Assembly (NCBI GenBank): GCA_043228905.1
Contig: JBHGNT010000215.1
Location: 1 to 51,662 of the forward strand
Source of the DNA: Azolla caroliniana
Lineage: Eukaryota > Plantae > Polypodiophyta
DNA: 51,662 nt
Direction: 5' to 3'
The notes under the pieces were generated by a model that did not search any database, was not told the origin of the DNA, and saw nothing but the letters and a program-made list of their open reading frames with translations. Of the stretch, positions 1 through 12,953 are shown one piece after another. Positions within the stretch are counted from its first letter, which is position 1. Each line of letters opens with the position of its first letter. The position numbers were made by a program, and so were the translations under genes.

Positions 1-71
1 CCATGGCTTCGGCTTCTCTGACATGAAATGGCATTTTCCTTCGGCTCCTTCTCAACCTGTTTCTTGCAACC
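1..71 (+). CDS. Carboxylesterase exon (partial at window edge)
   Basis: Frame from base 2 reads HGFGFSDMKWHFPSAPSQPVSCN, followed by donor GTAAGC at 72. Confidence 0.85.
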
Positions 72-3000
72 GTAAGCTCATAAAAATTGATTCATATAAT
101 ACAAAAAATAGTTCACACTTTTCTGAAACTTTTCCTCTCCTTTTCTTTCTTGCAAGTAGATATAGGCTAGTTGAATGTGAAAAAGGTGGAAATTTATAGA
201 CGTATATGAGTATGTGTGTGTTAATATATATGCATTGTATATTATTGAACAAATTATGGTCTAGGTCTCAGCCGCAAAGAAAATAGGAGATAAGATATAG
301 AGATGTCCTAACTATATCATTTTAATTTTCTGCATTCAATGGTATAGAAATTATTGTCAACTATTGGTAGAACGTTTGGGTTTGGATCTTTCTCACGTGC
401 TATTCATCTGTACGCCTTTGAAAACACCCAACTTACATGTGTTAGGCATGCCACCAGTGTTCAGCTAAGAAAATAGGAAATGATGTAGATCAAGACTAAC
501 TATATCATTTGGATACATTCCTATTATTGAATATTTTGGTTTAGATCCTTCACATGAAGAAAATAGGGCGTAAGATGTAGAGAAGTCCAAAACATATGAT
601 TTTGAATATCATTTTATCTGATAGAACTTTTGGTTAAGATTTTACTTGCAAAGAAAATAAGATAGAAGATGTAGAGAGGCCTAACTATATCGTTTCTTGT
701 GGTAGATATTTATCGAAGATTTTACCTGCAATGAAAAACAGACATAGGATGTAGAAAAGGCCTAACCATTTCATTTGAATAATGTCCTATTTGATAGGAA
801 TATTTCGATTAGATATTGTATGGAAAGAAAATAGAGATAAGATGTAGCCAAGCTCTGATTAAGAAGGGAAGACAAGCAATGATTCAACATTTTTAGTCAA
901 TGCTCAAAAATGGAAGAATGGGATGGAGGATTGCAAAGGGACATGTCATCATTGTGGATTAAGAATTGTTGATAATAGTTAATGATATGGATCAAAAGAA
1001 GCTATTGATTTAGAATTGATGCAATGAAGCATCATTGAAAAATATTATACACATAATAAGGAAGCTGGTCCATGGGGGATATCCTATGGAAGAATGAAAA
1101 AGAATGGAAAGAAATTGGAAAAACTCCCTGCATTATGCTAACCATTGATCATTGAGGTATAAAGATGTGGGTATACTTTCTGAAACAAAATTCTAAAGCT
1201 ATGGTGGAAATGTTTGTGACAGAGAGATTTAATTACTGTCTTTGGAGGTAAAAAATGGCCTATGAGACCAAATATATAACATTTTCATGTATGCATGTGA
1301 AAGTGAGTTGAAAATCTTGATTTTCAAGACCTTACTAATGAATGTGACAATTGAGAGTGCATCATATGGTGACTATGAGAGAAATCCGTGCAAGCAGTGG
1401 GTTGGTTTGAAGATGTGTAGAGAGCATACTCGAATGTGATCATAGGTATCAGAGCGTGATAAGTAGACTCATGGACTACTTGAAGTCAAAATGTGCATAG
1501 TAAACTAGTCTCATCACCTGTGCCTGAATGTCTTGTGATGGGCACTAAATGTATCAGTCCTTGCAATTTCCTTGTGTAATGAAGAATATGGTTTTGTAGT
1601 TAGATGCAACATATGTAGTAGTATAATTTGTGAAACTTGAGTCTCCATATTTTTTCCATGTCATGATTCATTGGTGTTGCAAAAAGGCTCTGTTCGCTGA
1701 GGAATTTATTGATGCATCATGAAGCAATTATGTTATATTCTATCTTCCAAACCATTTTTTCATATCTTGCATCCAATTTTAATTTTATGTGTTTGAATTT
1801 TTTGTTTGCTTTTCTTGGGATTTTAGGAAATTAATGTGAGGGACTTTTTTGAACCTTATGCATGTCCTGAAAACAACCCTCTCTATGGCCATGATCTCAA
1901 TAGAATATTATCCTCTCGCAATAAAAGGGTGTATGGTGCTTGTTTCTTGACTAAGGAGAATCTTTGTAAGAGACTACTATTAGACATTTTCAAACTCTTT
2001 CTTAAGAGTAGCTAGGATGCCACAGCCTCATAGTTGCACCCCATAGAGAAGCATTGGTGTCACCAAAGCATTGAAGTATGTGTTCTCAAATTCATGATTG
2101 TCTCTCTATCTCGCCTGGTAGGTAGCACATTCTTTCCATCTATGATTCTAGGGAATGTCAAGGCCAAGATATTTAAACCTTTCCACAATTTCAAGTGGCT
2201 AGTACATTAATGCGTGGTTTATCTGTCTTTTGTTGTTTTACAAGCATCATATTTTTTAGAGCTATTGACACAACTTAGTATGCATGCAACTCTTCCAATA
2301 CCCTAATAAGCTTTTGTGGATCTTCCAAAGTATTTGCAAAAAGCACGCCATCATCTTTGTATTTAACAAAGCATGATGCTTGCTTGGGTTTTCGTTGTGC
2401 ATACATTCTTCATTTCACTCATAATGTCCATTTCTTCCTCTTTTAATGCTTCCTTTAGCTCAATCTTGTTCAAATCCTCATTTATTTCCAAACAAGATCG
2501 ATTACATTCTCTCTAGCCTCATCTTTGTATTTTGCATTTTTTCTGTTTCCTCTTTGGTTTTGGGATAATGTGCCTTTGAAAGATTTTCTTGTGATTGAAG
2601 AGGCATTTAAGATGGCTTTGCATCAATCATCTGAAACCTTTCCAATACCTTCTAATGTACTTCTCTTGGGCACATATAGTAGCGTCTTCTGTTTATCCCG
2701 TTCGATTCTTATTCAAAGAATATGCTCAGCATTTTCGATCTCTTTCATAGAAAATGTAGATTTGAATTTGCATTTGTAATTCCTGCAGAGTTGTTTCATG
2801 CTTTCCTGCAATGAGCATCTCATCAACATACAAAACCAAAATAATGACACTGCCATTAGTTTCCTTTTTCATATAGAGACAAGGATCTGCCGTACTTCTA
2901 ATGAAGCCATTTGAGAGCATGAAAGAATCAAATTTCTTATACCAAAGATGTAGGGCTTGTTTCAGCCCATTGAGGCTGCGCTGAAGTTTACAAACTAAAA

Positions 3001-6000
3001 ACTCTTTTCCTGGAATTGGGAACCCTTCAAGTTGCAAGATATAAAGTTCCTCGTCTAGGCTACCATGAAGGAAAGTCTTCTTCACATCCACTTGGTTTAA
3101 CACCAAATTCAAAAAGACTGAAATAGAGAAAAGTGTCTTCATTTGTAGGTGGCTTTATTTGATCTTCATCTTTAGGGTCTAAAATTTCCCTGTTTTGCTG
3201 CCGATCCTCTTTTGGCAACATAATTAGTTTGTAGATGTCTACTCGCTCATCACCCTGAGATGTTATTCTTGAGTCAATGGGTGGTTGTTGCTGAAATTTC
3301 ACTTTGTTTGTTGATTCTAATGAGGTACAATTGCTTTTTTCTGCTTCATTGAATGCAACATCACAACTTCTGATTACCTTTTGGAGATGTGGTAACCAAA
3401 TTCTATAACCCATCTCACTTTCTACACCATATCCTTGAAAGATGCCTTTGAGGGATTTTGCATTTGGTTTGTTTCTTAGCTCTTGTCTAATGTCCACGAA
3501 AGCTTCACAACCAAGCGTAGATGATCATATGAGGCTTATTTGCTAGACCAAGTCTACTTTGGTATGCCACCTTTGTGTGAATTGTCTGGGGATCGATTAA
3601 TAATATGCGTTGCAGTTTGTAAAGCCTCTCCCCAAAGTTCGTGAGGGAGATTAGATGTGGATAGCATACATTGAACATTTTCACATAATGTCCAATTGTA
3701 TCGTTTAGCCACTCATTAGATGCTGGATTGTATGGAGCTGTAGCTCTCTCTTGATTCCATTTTCTGCACAAAAAACTGTAAATCGATTGTTGATATACAC
3801 TCCTCCATTGCTTGTCCTTAGACATTTCAGTTTCAAACCTATTTGAGTAGTGATAAAGGCATGAAGGTTTCTGAAAACAACAAACACTTCTGTCTTATCC
3901 TTTAGTCAATATGCTCAACACTTTTTGGAGTAATAATCAATGAAAGTTACAAAATGTAAGAAGTATCCTAAGGATTTAGTAGGTGTAGCTCATAAATAAG
4001 AGTATATGATCTCAAGTGGTGATGTTTTCCTGAAGAACCAATATTATAAGAACCCTTACTTGTTTTCTATAAAGGTAATCATTGCAAAAAACTCACGTTT
4101 ATTACTTTTGATCACTAGCTTCTGAGAAGAGAGTAGAATGGCCAAGCCCTTTTGGCTCATATGACATAATCTTTTGTGCCACAATTCTAATCCATTTTTT
4201 GCTTCCGCAACTGTAATGAATTGACAGAAAGAGCTCAACCTAAAAGGCAATAGAGTGTACCTCTGTTGCTTTCTCAGGCAACAAGTCTTGTTCCACGTAC
4301 AATCTTCCATGCTTCACTTGTGAAGATTGTAGAATAGCCTTGTAAATCAAGCTATCCCACAGATAAAAGCTCTTCTTAATCCTTGGAACAAATCACATCT
4401 TGAACTTGATTTAGTAGACCATTGAATGTGGAAATGAGTTAAGCTGCAGACTTGGCATCTTCAAGTCGTGCAATGATGAGCCTTCTCATCAAGTTAACTT
4501 GATTCACTGGGATAGTTGACTCCATACCTCATGACCACTAGTCAGCCCCTTGATATTTCCTAAAACTTCATCTGATACTGCCATGTAAATGTGGGTAACT
4601 GCCTTATGATTGAGCAGTTTTTAAGTTACATCATCCATACCAGCTGATTGGTTTTCCTCCAATGCTTCTGCACATCCATGTAAGTAAAGTGTGCTTTCCA
4701 TTCTAACTTTCCATAAGTCAAATCTAGTGCTCATCAAATTTCCTGAATTCTACCCCAACATTGGCTGATTTATTTGCCATGGTGAAAGAAGGAATACAGA
4801 ATAAATATGAAAGAAAAACTCCCACTTATTCAAGGTGGAAGACTAAGAGATGGAGATCCTGAAAGGATGCAACACTCAGTCTGATACTAGTTGTAATGAA
4901 GTAGAGGATAGAATGACAGTTTTCTGAAATATCTAAAGGAAGAGATATAAAAACTAAAAACAATTATGGGGTTTAACACATAGGAGGGATTAAAGAAGTA
5001 GAAGCAGTTATGCGAAACAAAAGCGTACAACTTCAAAATTATACAGGGTAGGAGTGCACACACACATATGTATATGTATATGTGCTATCCAAGATACATA
5101 GAATATGCTCTTAAAAGAAGAGCTTTAAATGCTGAGTAGGAATCTTGTCCAAGGATCCCATTCAAAGTACAAAATATTCTTTTAGAAGTTGTAGTATAGT
5201 TCTGAAAATGAGACTGTAAAAATTTAACAAAAATTAGAAAATTTTAAATGATATTCAAACTTTTTTCTAGTTTAGTTAGAGAAACCTAAAGGGCCTTTAA
5301 TCCCAACAAGCTGCTGAGTGTCAGGTTATTTCTCTCTCTGAGGCATATGTTCATGGAATTATAGAAATTAGGGGAAATCCCCAAATTACCCAACCTTTTC
5401 TTTATTGACATAAATCCCTCTGGTAACTCACCTCTTTGGCATCTTTATGTGCTATTTCAGCAGTTACAGGCCTCTTTCTCTATTTCAGAGGTTCAATGGG
5501 GTATTTGGAGAAATAACACAAACCTCAAGAGTGTTTGGGAAAAAAAGGGAGGGGCATTTCAGAGTTTTTCCCTAGGAACTATGCCATCATTGATTATTTT
5601 TCTTTTTCTATTCCTCTAACTGAGAAATGTGATAAGATGGAGAAGCTTGTATTATATTTGCTACTGCCCATGCTGAAAGTCTTTTAATTCACATCCACTA
5701 CACATTGCTGATGACATAGGTAGATTGTCTCATATATAAGAACACCACTGTATAAATTGATTTTCCAGAAGTTTCGAAAGACTAGTATTTGAATGTATCT
5801 ATTCATGACTTTTATAACTAACATCGTGTTGAATTATGTTGAATTGTTTTATAATATTTCACTGCAGATGGAGCAATTATGCCATCATGGTTTGATATAC
5901 CAGAAATACCGATCAAAGCTGTAAGTACTCAGTAAAAGGTGCAGCTTTGCTGGAATTCTTTTCTCCGGTGAGCATAATTTACAGTATAGAAATTATTAAC

Positions 6001-7632
6001 ACACATATTTGTCTCAGGATTCTCCCAACAATGAGGAAGATTTATTAGTTGCTGTAAAAAAAATTCATGAAATGCTCGACAAACAAGTTAACACTGGCAT
6101 CAGTGCTGATAAAATCTTTCTGTGTGGCTTTAGCCAAGGAGGCAAGTTTTTCTACTAACAGTGCAAAGCACTGAAATACCCCTAAATTTTTAACTTATAT
6201 GAGAATCCCTCTTCATGTTTTTTAAATAACCAGAATACCCCTAGGTCTTTTAGATTTTACCAAAGCAATAATATGTTATTACATGGCTTATGATTTCCTA
6301 ATTAACCATAACTAATCACTATCACAAGCCTCATTACGGGTGATCTGATTTAATTAAATAGTTGGACTTTGGTAGGTTCAAAATAAGTCAGAGGTATTCT
6401 TGTAATTGAAAGCAGTGTAGAGGTATTGCAGTAAGTTGCTGAAAAGTGGAGGATATTTTTGTGCTCTTTTTTTTCCGAATAACATGTTCTATATATAAAT
6501 GCCTTAGTGAACCCACTTTTGCGGCATTATATTTGTGCTACTTGTACATTTTGAAACTTATGATATTCTAATGCATGCCCAACAAGTTTAGGTTAATTTG
6601 TTGTTTTGCCTGTTTTCAAGTAATGCTAATTTAATGAGAATTGTGCTCCTGTTATGAATCAGGTGCATTAACTCTAGCAAGTGCATTGTCTTATTCTAGA
6701 AGGTTGGCAGGAGCAGCAATTTTTAGTGGATGGGTTCCTTTCAATGCAACTTTTCTCGAAAGAGTGAATAAAGAAGGAAAACAGGTAACGTTGACAATCA
6801 GCAAGAAGTTCTATTATCCACTGTTTCTTGTGTTATCAAAATGTGCAATTTTGTTAAGAAGCCACAAGTTGTAAAGTGAAATTACACACATAAACAATGA
6901 TGTATAATGTGTGAGATGATGATTACACCTGAAAACAGATATGAAGTTATGGTAATTATCAGTTTTTCTTTTTAGAAGTGCAACTATTATCTGTTTTATC
7001 ATTCTTCCAAAATTGATTTTAACTTTGAATATATATCATATGATTTTTTACCACAGACACCATTACTTTGGCTACATGGTATAGATGATCCAGTGGTTCA
7101 TTTCAAAGCCGGGCAAGTAGCTCCACCATTGCTTTCCAATCATGGAATTCATTGTGAATTCAAGGTGATGATCACTTCCAATGTCTTGTATGTTGTATGC
7201 ATTTCCCTGTGTTTTCATGAATTTTACCAAAACACTCCTATGTTTTGATGAATTTTACCAATGACTGTTGCAATCGAGAGTGCACATTGTGACTGTGAGA
7301 GAAATTCGTACAATGATTGGGTTTGGTTGAAGATGTGTGGAAAGTATAGTTGAATGTGATCAAAGGCAAAACGTTGTATCAAAGTATGATACTTAGACTC
7401 CCAAACTTGTTTCGGGCAAAGTGTGAAGAGTCGGCTACTCTCATCACTTGTGCTCCAACGTCCCGTCTCACATCGCAGTGTTTGAGCTAAGTTGCATGGA
7501 AGCAAGGGTTCAAATGTGAAGAGTCGGCTACTCTCATCACTTGTGCTCCAACGTCCCGTCTCACATTGCAGTGTGTTTGAGCTAAGTTGCATGGAAGCAA
7601 GGGTTCAAATGGCAGACAATGGGATGGGATGG

Positions 7633-7681
<49 letters not shown>

Positions 7682-8010
7682 ATTATTGTCTCATAGGTCA
7701 TATTTGACCTCTGAAGACGATAATAGAATGGGAAACTTGACAAGTCAAAATAAGTTTTTTGTGAGTTTCCCCTTGTCCTTACATGTCTTTACATTGGGTG
7801 TTACTGGATTTTGAAAATAGAAGCAGTGTTTTGCGGATCTAGTTAATTAAAACTTTTTTGTAAACTTGTTTCTACATTCCTTTGCATTGGTGTTTCCATG
7901 TTAAACCTTATTTTTCTCTGTTGTAGGCATATCCTGGATTACAGCATAACATCAGCCCTGACGAACTTGCAGATTTGAACCAGTGGATCACAGCAAGAAT
8001 GAGATCATAA
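1..8010 (+). CDS. Phospholipase/carboxylesterase (abhydrolase_2; acyl-protein thioesterase / SOBER1-like), 5'-partial. Join(<1..71,5868..5920,6018..6141,6663..6784,7057..7164,7927..8010)
   Basis: Spliced translation: ...KWHFPSAPSQPVSCN|HGAIMPSWFDIPEIPIKA|DSPNNEEDLL...IFLCGFSQG|GALTLASAL...IFSGWVPF...GKQ|TPLLWLHGIDDPVVHF...CEFK|AYPGLQHNISPDEL...MRS*. It contains the GFSQG nucleophile, the HGxxD Asp and the GLxH His. Splice phases are consistent and there are no stops. Confidence 0.93.
270..850. repeat. Degenerate ~90-bp tandem repeat in the intron (about 5-6 units)
   Basis: AAGAAAATAG-n-AAGATGTAGA-n-CCTAACTATATCATTT recurs at about 278, 468, 556, 651, 731 and 825. Confidence 0.7.
900..1260 (+). 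mobile_element. Highly degraded copia integrase-like fragment
   Basis: Broken reading ...ALYMLTID...KMWVYFLKQNS, resembling the copia INT 'IDDxSRKVWVYFLK' motif. Confidence 0.4.
1335..2520 (-). mobile_element. LINE (non-LTR) ORF2 RT/C-terminal remnant
   Basis: Minus-strand fragments YKDDGVLFANTLEDPQKL (YADD-like), LEIVERFKYLG and FNALVTPMLLYGVQL. Bases 1340-1490 resemble 7260-7400. Confidence 0.7.
2520..5308 (-). mobile_element. Degraded, internally deleted Ty1/copia element in intron (5' LTR ~4892-5308)
   Basis: RT (QVDVKKTFLHG, LVLYVDEML), INT (LKCLRTSNGG) and GAG-pre-integrase (LWHKRLCHMS) fragments. Degenerate reverse-complement PBS GTCTGATACTA at ~4879-4889. LTR end ...ATCCCAACA at 5308. 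Confidence 0.8.
5868..5920 (+). CDS. Carboxylesterase exon
   Basis: TGCAG acceptor, GAIMPSWFDIPEIPIKA, GTAAGT donor. Confidence 0.92.
6018..6141 (+). CDS. Carboxylesterase exon with the catalytic GFSQG motif
   Basis: CTCAG acceptor, DSPNNEE...CGFSQG, GCAAGT (GC) donor at 6142. Confidence 0.9.
6663..6784 (+). CDS. Carboxylesterase exon
   Basis: ATCAG acceptor, ALTLASALSYSRRLAGAAIFSGWVPF...GKQ, GTAACG donor. Confidence 0.92.
7057..7164 (+). CDS. Carboxylesterase exon with the catalytic Asp
   Basis: CACAG acceptor, TPLLWLHGIDDPVVHFKAG...CEFK, GTGATG donor. Confidence 0.92.
7230..7615 (-). mobile_element. LINE 3'-end fragment with an internal ~93-bp tandem duplication
   Basis: QLSSxTLxCETGRW motif typical of LINE ORF2 C-termini. 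7422-7514 is repeated at 7515-7610. Confidence 0.7.
7636..7677. repeat. (GA)n microsatellite
   Basis: Perfect GA run. Confidence 0.97.
7927..8010 (+). CDS. Carboxylesterase terminal exon with the catalytic His
   Basis: TGTAG acceptor, AYPGLQHNISPDELADLNQWITARMRS, TAA stop. Confidence 0.92.
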   Translation, partial: AYPGLQHNISPDELADLNQWITARMRS

Positions 8011-9923
8011 ATAATTTAATAGTCCAGGGTCTGGAGAATTCAAATATATCCTGGATATTCATTTTGAGAATTCCTCCCTCTGAGAATTCATTTTAAAATC
8101 TTCACCATGCTCATAATTTATGGGTGATGTTAAATCTCTAGTATAAATTCATCTTTTGAGAAATGAGCGTTCATTCTACTCAATGCCAGAAATGAATGGA
8201 TGGTATGTCAACAAGATGATGCGTAACTGCATTTGTGTTGATTTGATGTTTTTAAATTCATTCCTTGAGATACTGTTGAAGTTGGAGGTTTGATATCCAA
8301 ATACAAATGGTATGCCAATGAAATGTTCTAGACATGTAAATAATAAGGTATACCATGCTGCTCTTTGAATTGCTAATCAGTGAATATAAAGTGAAAGATT
8401 TGTGAGTGAATGCAATTCTTTGGAAATGTTAGTGAAAGATTTATGAGTGAGTTTGAAACAAGCTACTAGGTTTATTTATATGTGAGGATTCCCCCCCCCC
8501 CCCCTTCTTTCATATGAAATTGAAGATGAGCTAGTAAATGTACGAAAAGGCATAGCTTGCTATTTGTTGTATGGATAGAAATATTTGCAAGGACTTGTTT
8601 AGTTAGGTGTTTGTTTATATAATATTTTGACAAGGAGGGAGATAGGTTGAATCTAACTCATGTTGGGGCAAAGATTACAGTCAGTTCATTAGAAATTATA
8701 CCATGCCCTTATTACAACTATTTGCATGACCAATGCATGGGATGCCTGTGAGACTACAATGAAGTCATGAATGAACAAAAACAAAACAAATTGTTGAATA
8801 CCGTATTGGCAACTACAACATTGGTGGATATATTTTGCTTTCCGAAATTGGGTTGGTTATTGTGACGAGCATAATGATAACTAATCATAAGATAGGTTTT
8901 TTGTAGTTTTCCTTAATATTATTATGAGTATTTGTAGGTTAATTGTAAAAGAAATGAGGGTGTAAATGGTAATATTCAATTCTACTATGTGGGAACACTA
9001 GGGCCTCAGCATGTAAAGTAGTCAAGTGTGAACACTAGGGCCTAGGGTTTTTGCACATATAAGGAGACTAGCAACCTTCTTATCAAGAGAGGCTTAACTT
9101 ATGTTGAGACTATGACAATGTGGCTATGGCTCATGTTAGCAAAGCATGTGTGATCCTCGTAGGAACCAAGGTATGACTCACATCAACCCTCGATGATATA
9201 GGGCATCGAGGAGGTTCAGGTTTGTATCATGTGGTCGCTATGGGGTGGCCGGGTGGTTTGGCATGCCTATTGCCTTTCTTTAAGTCCTTATTTTGTGTTT
9301 AACTAATTAGTTTGACTCTAATAGTTGATGTTGGTGCATTCTAATTTTTTTCACGTTTTCACTTGTTTTTCGGTGATCCCTAGAGCATCAAACGAGGCAC
9401 AACCTCTCGATCTGAGAACAAATGGAGCATGAATGTATTTATAAAAAGAAATCTCTTCCCTTCTTTCTCATCATATATTCTCTTTGATTGTGTTACAACT
9501 GTCTTATAATTCTATGTGTGTTCTTTGTGCTCTAAACTTGTTGCGTTTTGCATCCATATTTTTTAGCACCTCGAACAATTTGGTTAGTTTTTCGCATCAA
9601 GCTATGTTTGATGAGAACTACCTCGCGTATTAGGAACTAATAAGCTATGGTTTTTCGGTGGGATATCCAAGAGATAACAACATCATACTTTAAATATATG
9701 GCTCCCAATATTTACATATATGGAGTGATTTTTTTTCTCTATATATGACTTGTTTTTTTTAAGGGAGTCTACTTTTCTTCTCGATATATATCTATCCTAC
9801 AATTCAAACAATAAGTATATCTGTCACTTTAAAGCTACTTGGCTTTTTTCTAGTCAATATGTATACATATCTACTCATGTGGATAACATTTGTGCTTTTT
9901 CTAGTCGATAGTGATCACTACAT

Positions 9924-11345
9924 TGTTGAGATAGCAAGCTCAACCCCTTGTACATACGAAAGCCCACTATCTTATTAGGGTATTTTAGGTTAAGTATATA
10001 ATATGCTCAAAGAGCAATGTGTAACTGACGGATTAACTTTTGGTAATACAGTTCTTGTCTTTGGTGTTCTCTCTCTCTCTCTCTCTAAGTCACCATCTTT
10101 GTGTTTGCTCTTTCCATCTTTGGTTTTCCATTGTTGTGGTTCTGTTCAATTAAGGCCAATTGTGTATCATGACTTCCGCATTCTTTAGATGATATCAGAT
10201 CGTGAGGGTAAAGTCTGATCCTCTGCAACCAACTTTGTTAGACACAAAAAAAAACAAGTAAACGACCAACAACAAGAAGATGGAGAGGAACATGGGAAGC
10301 ACACTACCGACTAAGAAGTTGGAGTGTTGCAACTACGCATCTTGGCAATACAAGATGCACACAAGATGCACCAGTATTTGCTCGGGCATGGATATTGGAG
10401 TTATAATGAAGGAGTGAATGAAGTAGCACTAGAGGCAACACACGAGGACTTCCCGGCTTGGGAACAAGTAGCAAGTAGAGTGCTTTACTGCCTTGCATCC
10501 TTTGTGCATGATCACATGTTGGGCTACATCAGAGATTCAAAGACACCAAAAGCAGCTTGGGAAAATCTGAAGAAGATTTTTGCCATCGGCACTACGACCA
10601 GGTAACTACAACTTAGGTAGGAGCTCAATAACATCAGACAAAGCCGAAACCAGTGGCCAACAAAAGGGAATTCTCGTGCAAGTATACACCACAACAGAAT
10701 GGTGTGGCTGAGAGGAAGAACCGTACTATAGCTGAAGCGGGACGAACAATGCTTGAAGAAAAGTATATGCTGAAAAACCATTGGGCCGAAGTGATTAGCA
10801 CTGCGGTTTATTTGCTGACGGACATTGGCTGGGGGAGTGCACAAGTGACTCCACATGAACTGTAATTTGGGTGCAAGCCGAATATGACACACATAAGGGT
10901 CTTCGTCAACATTGTATACGTGCATGTGCCAAAAGAGAAAAGAAAGAAACTCAACGCAAAAGCCAAAAAGTGCATACTAATCGTCTACTCACATGCACAG
11001 AAGGGGTGTAAGTGCAACAACCCCCAAACCCGAGAGGTACGTGTGAGTAGCGATGTTGTTTTTTACGAAGAAGCCTCATGGTACTCAACTCCGATTGGTG
11101 GCCCTCCTGTGCACTCAACCAAATTCTGATGATGAGGACAGTATAGCTGACTATTTTGAGGTGAACCTTGGACCACAGGAAGAATGTCTGATGTCACTTC
11201 AACTACGTAGGCCGCAAGAAGAGTTGAGCCAACATATGACTAGCCGATGAGTGAAGAGGAATTGACTGTGATAAAGGGATGCAGAAAATGCTTCAATCCA
11301 GCAACAATACAGAGGTGTTGGATCAAAGTGAATCCGATAGTGACG
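9924..11345 (+). mobile_element. Truncated Ty1/copia (family A-like): 5' LTR ~9924-10189, PBS, gag fused to INT by deletion
   Basis: TGTTGAGATAGCAAGCTCAAC LTR start; degenerate Met-i PBS TGATATCAGATCG at 10190; gag MHQYLLGHGYWSY; abrupt jump near 10645 to REFSCKYTPQQNGVAERKNR. Confidence 0.85.
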
Positions 11346-11349
11346 ACAT

Positions 11350-12953
11350 ACCCTCTTTTAGCTTTTTGGCCCATTATTTATCCCACATAGTTGAGGGAGA
11401 TGGTTTGGGAGTTATAAATAGGCTCCTCTACCTCGTAGTTTGATATTCTCAATCTGTATTCTTCTCTCCCAAATCGTAATAGAGCATGCTGCTTTGGAGG
11501 ATGTAGGCTGATTGGCCGAACCTCGGTAATTCTGGTGTTATTTGATATTTTCTTCTTACTCTATATAATAGTTTTACTTCTGGTTATATATTGTTATTTC
11601 CACGCTTCCACAACAATTGGTATCAGAGCCAGGTTTTGTCTGAGTATGCTCTATGGTTGCAGCTTTGTCTGATCTTCCACATCAGAAAATATTTGCTTTG
11701 GTCCTTTTGAAACATAGGGTTGTTGTTAGCTATAATATTGAACACTGTTTATTAAGTTTATAATGGCATCAAGAGATGAAAAAGGAAAGAATACAGTCTC
11801 AAAGATTCCACTGGGAACATCGAGTTCGCTGTAGAAATATTTGATGGTACCGGCCATTTCGGCATGTGGCAATGAGAGGTTTTAGATTCTCTTTTTCTAC
11901 AAGGTCTTGATATTGCCATTGAAGAAGATAAACAAGAAGAGGTAGACAATAAAGATTGGATCGTCATTAACTGGTTGGCATGCGGAACAATTCGATCATG
12001 CCTGTCTAGAGAGCAGAAATATGCTTTCAAGAATGAGACTTCTGCACACAAATTATGGAAGGCATTGCAGGGCAAATTTCTGAAAAAATTGGTCAAAATA
12101 AGATCCTAATGAAGAAGAGGTTATTTCGATTTGACTATAGACCAAGTACTACTATGAATGATCACATCACCATGTTTAGTCAATTGGTAGCAGACCTATT
12201 GAGTTTAGATGTTAAATTTGAGGATGAGGATCTAGCTTTGATGTTGTTATCATCTCTTCCCAATGAGTTTGAACATTTAGAAACTACATTACTTCACGGG
12301 AAAGAGTATGCGTCGTTAGATGTTGTTTGTTCTGCTTTATATTGTTATGAATTGAGAAAGTAGGATAAGATGATAACCAAATCAACGACATCAGAAGAAG
12401 CATTGATGGCAAGAGGCCATCAACAAAGCCATACAAAGGGGAGAAGAAGAAGGTCCAAATCAAAAGGTCGAGGCATTGCCAAAGATGAGTGTGCTTTCTG
12501 TCATGAGAAAGGGCATTGGAAGAAAGACTGTCTGAAGTTGAAGAGGAAAGGAAAGCATCCACAAGATGCAAATGTTGCAGACTACAGTGATGCGGAATCT
12601 GATATTTCCTTAGTGATTATGCCTTCAGTGTCAACACATCCAAATGAGCGGATTTTGGATTCAGGTTGTACCTATCATACGTCTCCTATTCGAGAGTGGT
12701 TTTTTGAATTTCAAGAAGTCGATGGTGGGGTTGTTTACATGGGTAATGATCATCCATGTAAAATAGCCGGGATAGGTTCAATCAAGCTGTTGGACCATGA
12801 CGGAACCACAAGAATTTTGAGGGATGTGCGGTACGTGCCAAAGTTGAGTAAGAATCTCATCTCCTTGGGGGCTCTTGAATCTAAGGGCCTAGTTGTGATG
12901 ATGCGAGATGGAGTTCTTAAGTAAACTTTAGCAGTATTGGTGATGTTGAAAGG
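11350..12953 (+). mobile_element. Tork/Tnt1-type Ty1/copia 5' fragment (partial LTR to 11615, PBS 11618-11630, gag-protease)
   Basis: ...CAACA-AT-TGGTATCAGAGCC; gag FAVEIFDGTGHFGMWQ; zinc knuckle CAFCHEKGHWKKDC; protease ILDSGCTYH. Confidence 0.9.

Noticed and set aside
9326-9599. Possible solo LTR (TGATG...CATCA)
   Set aside because: No matching TSD, PBS or partner copy.
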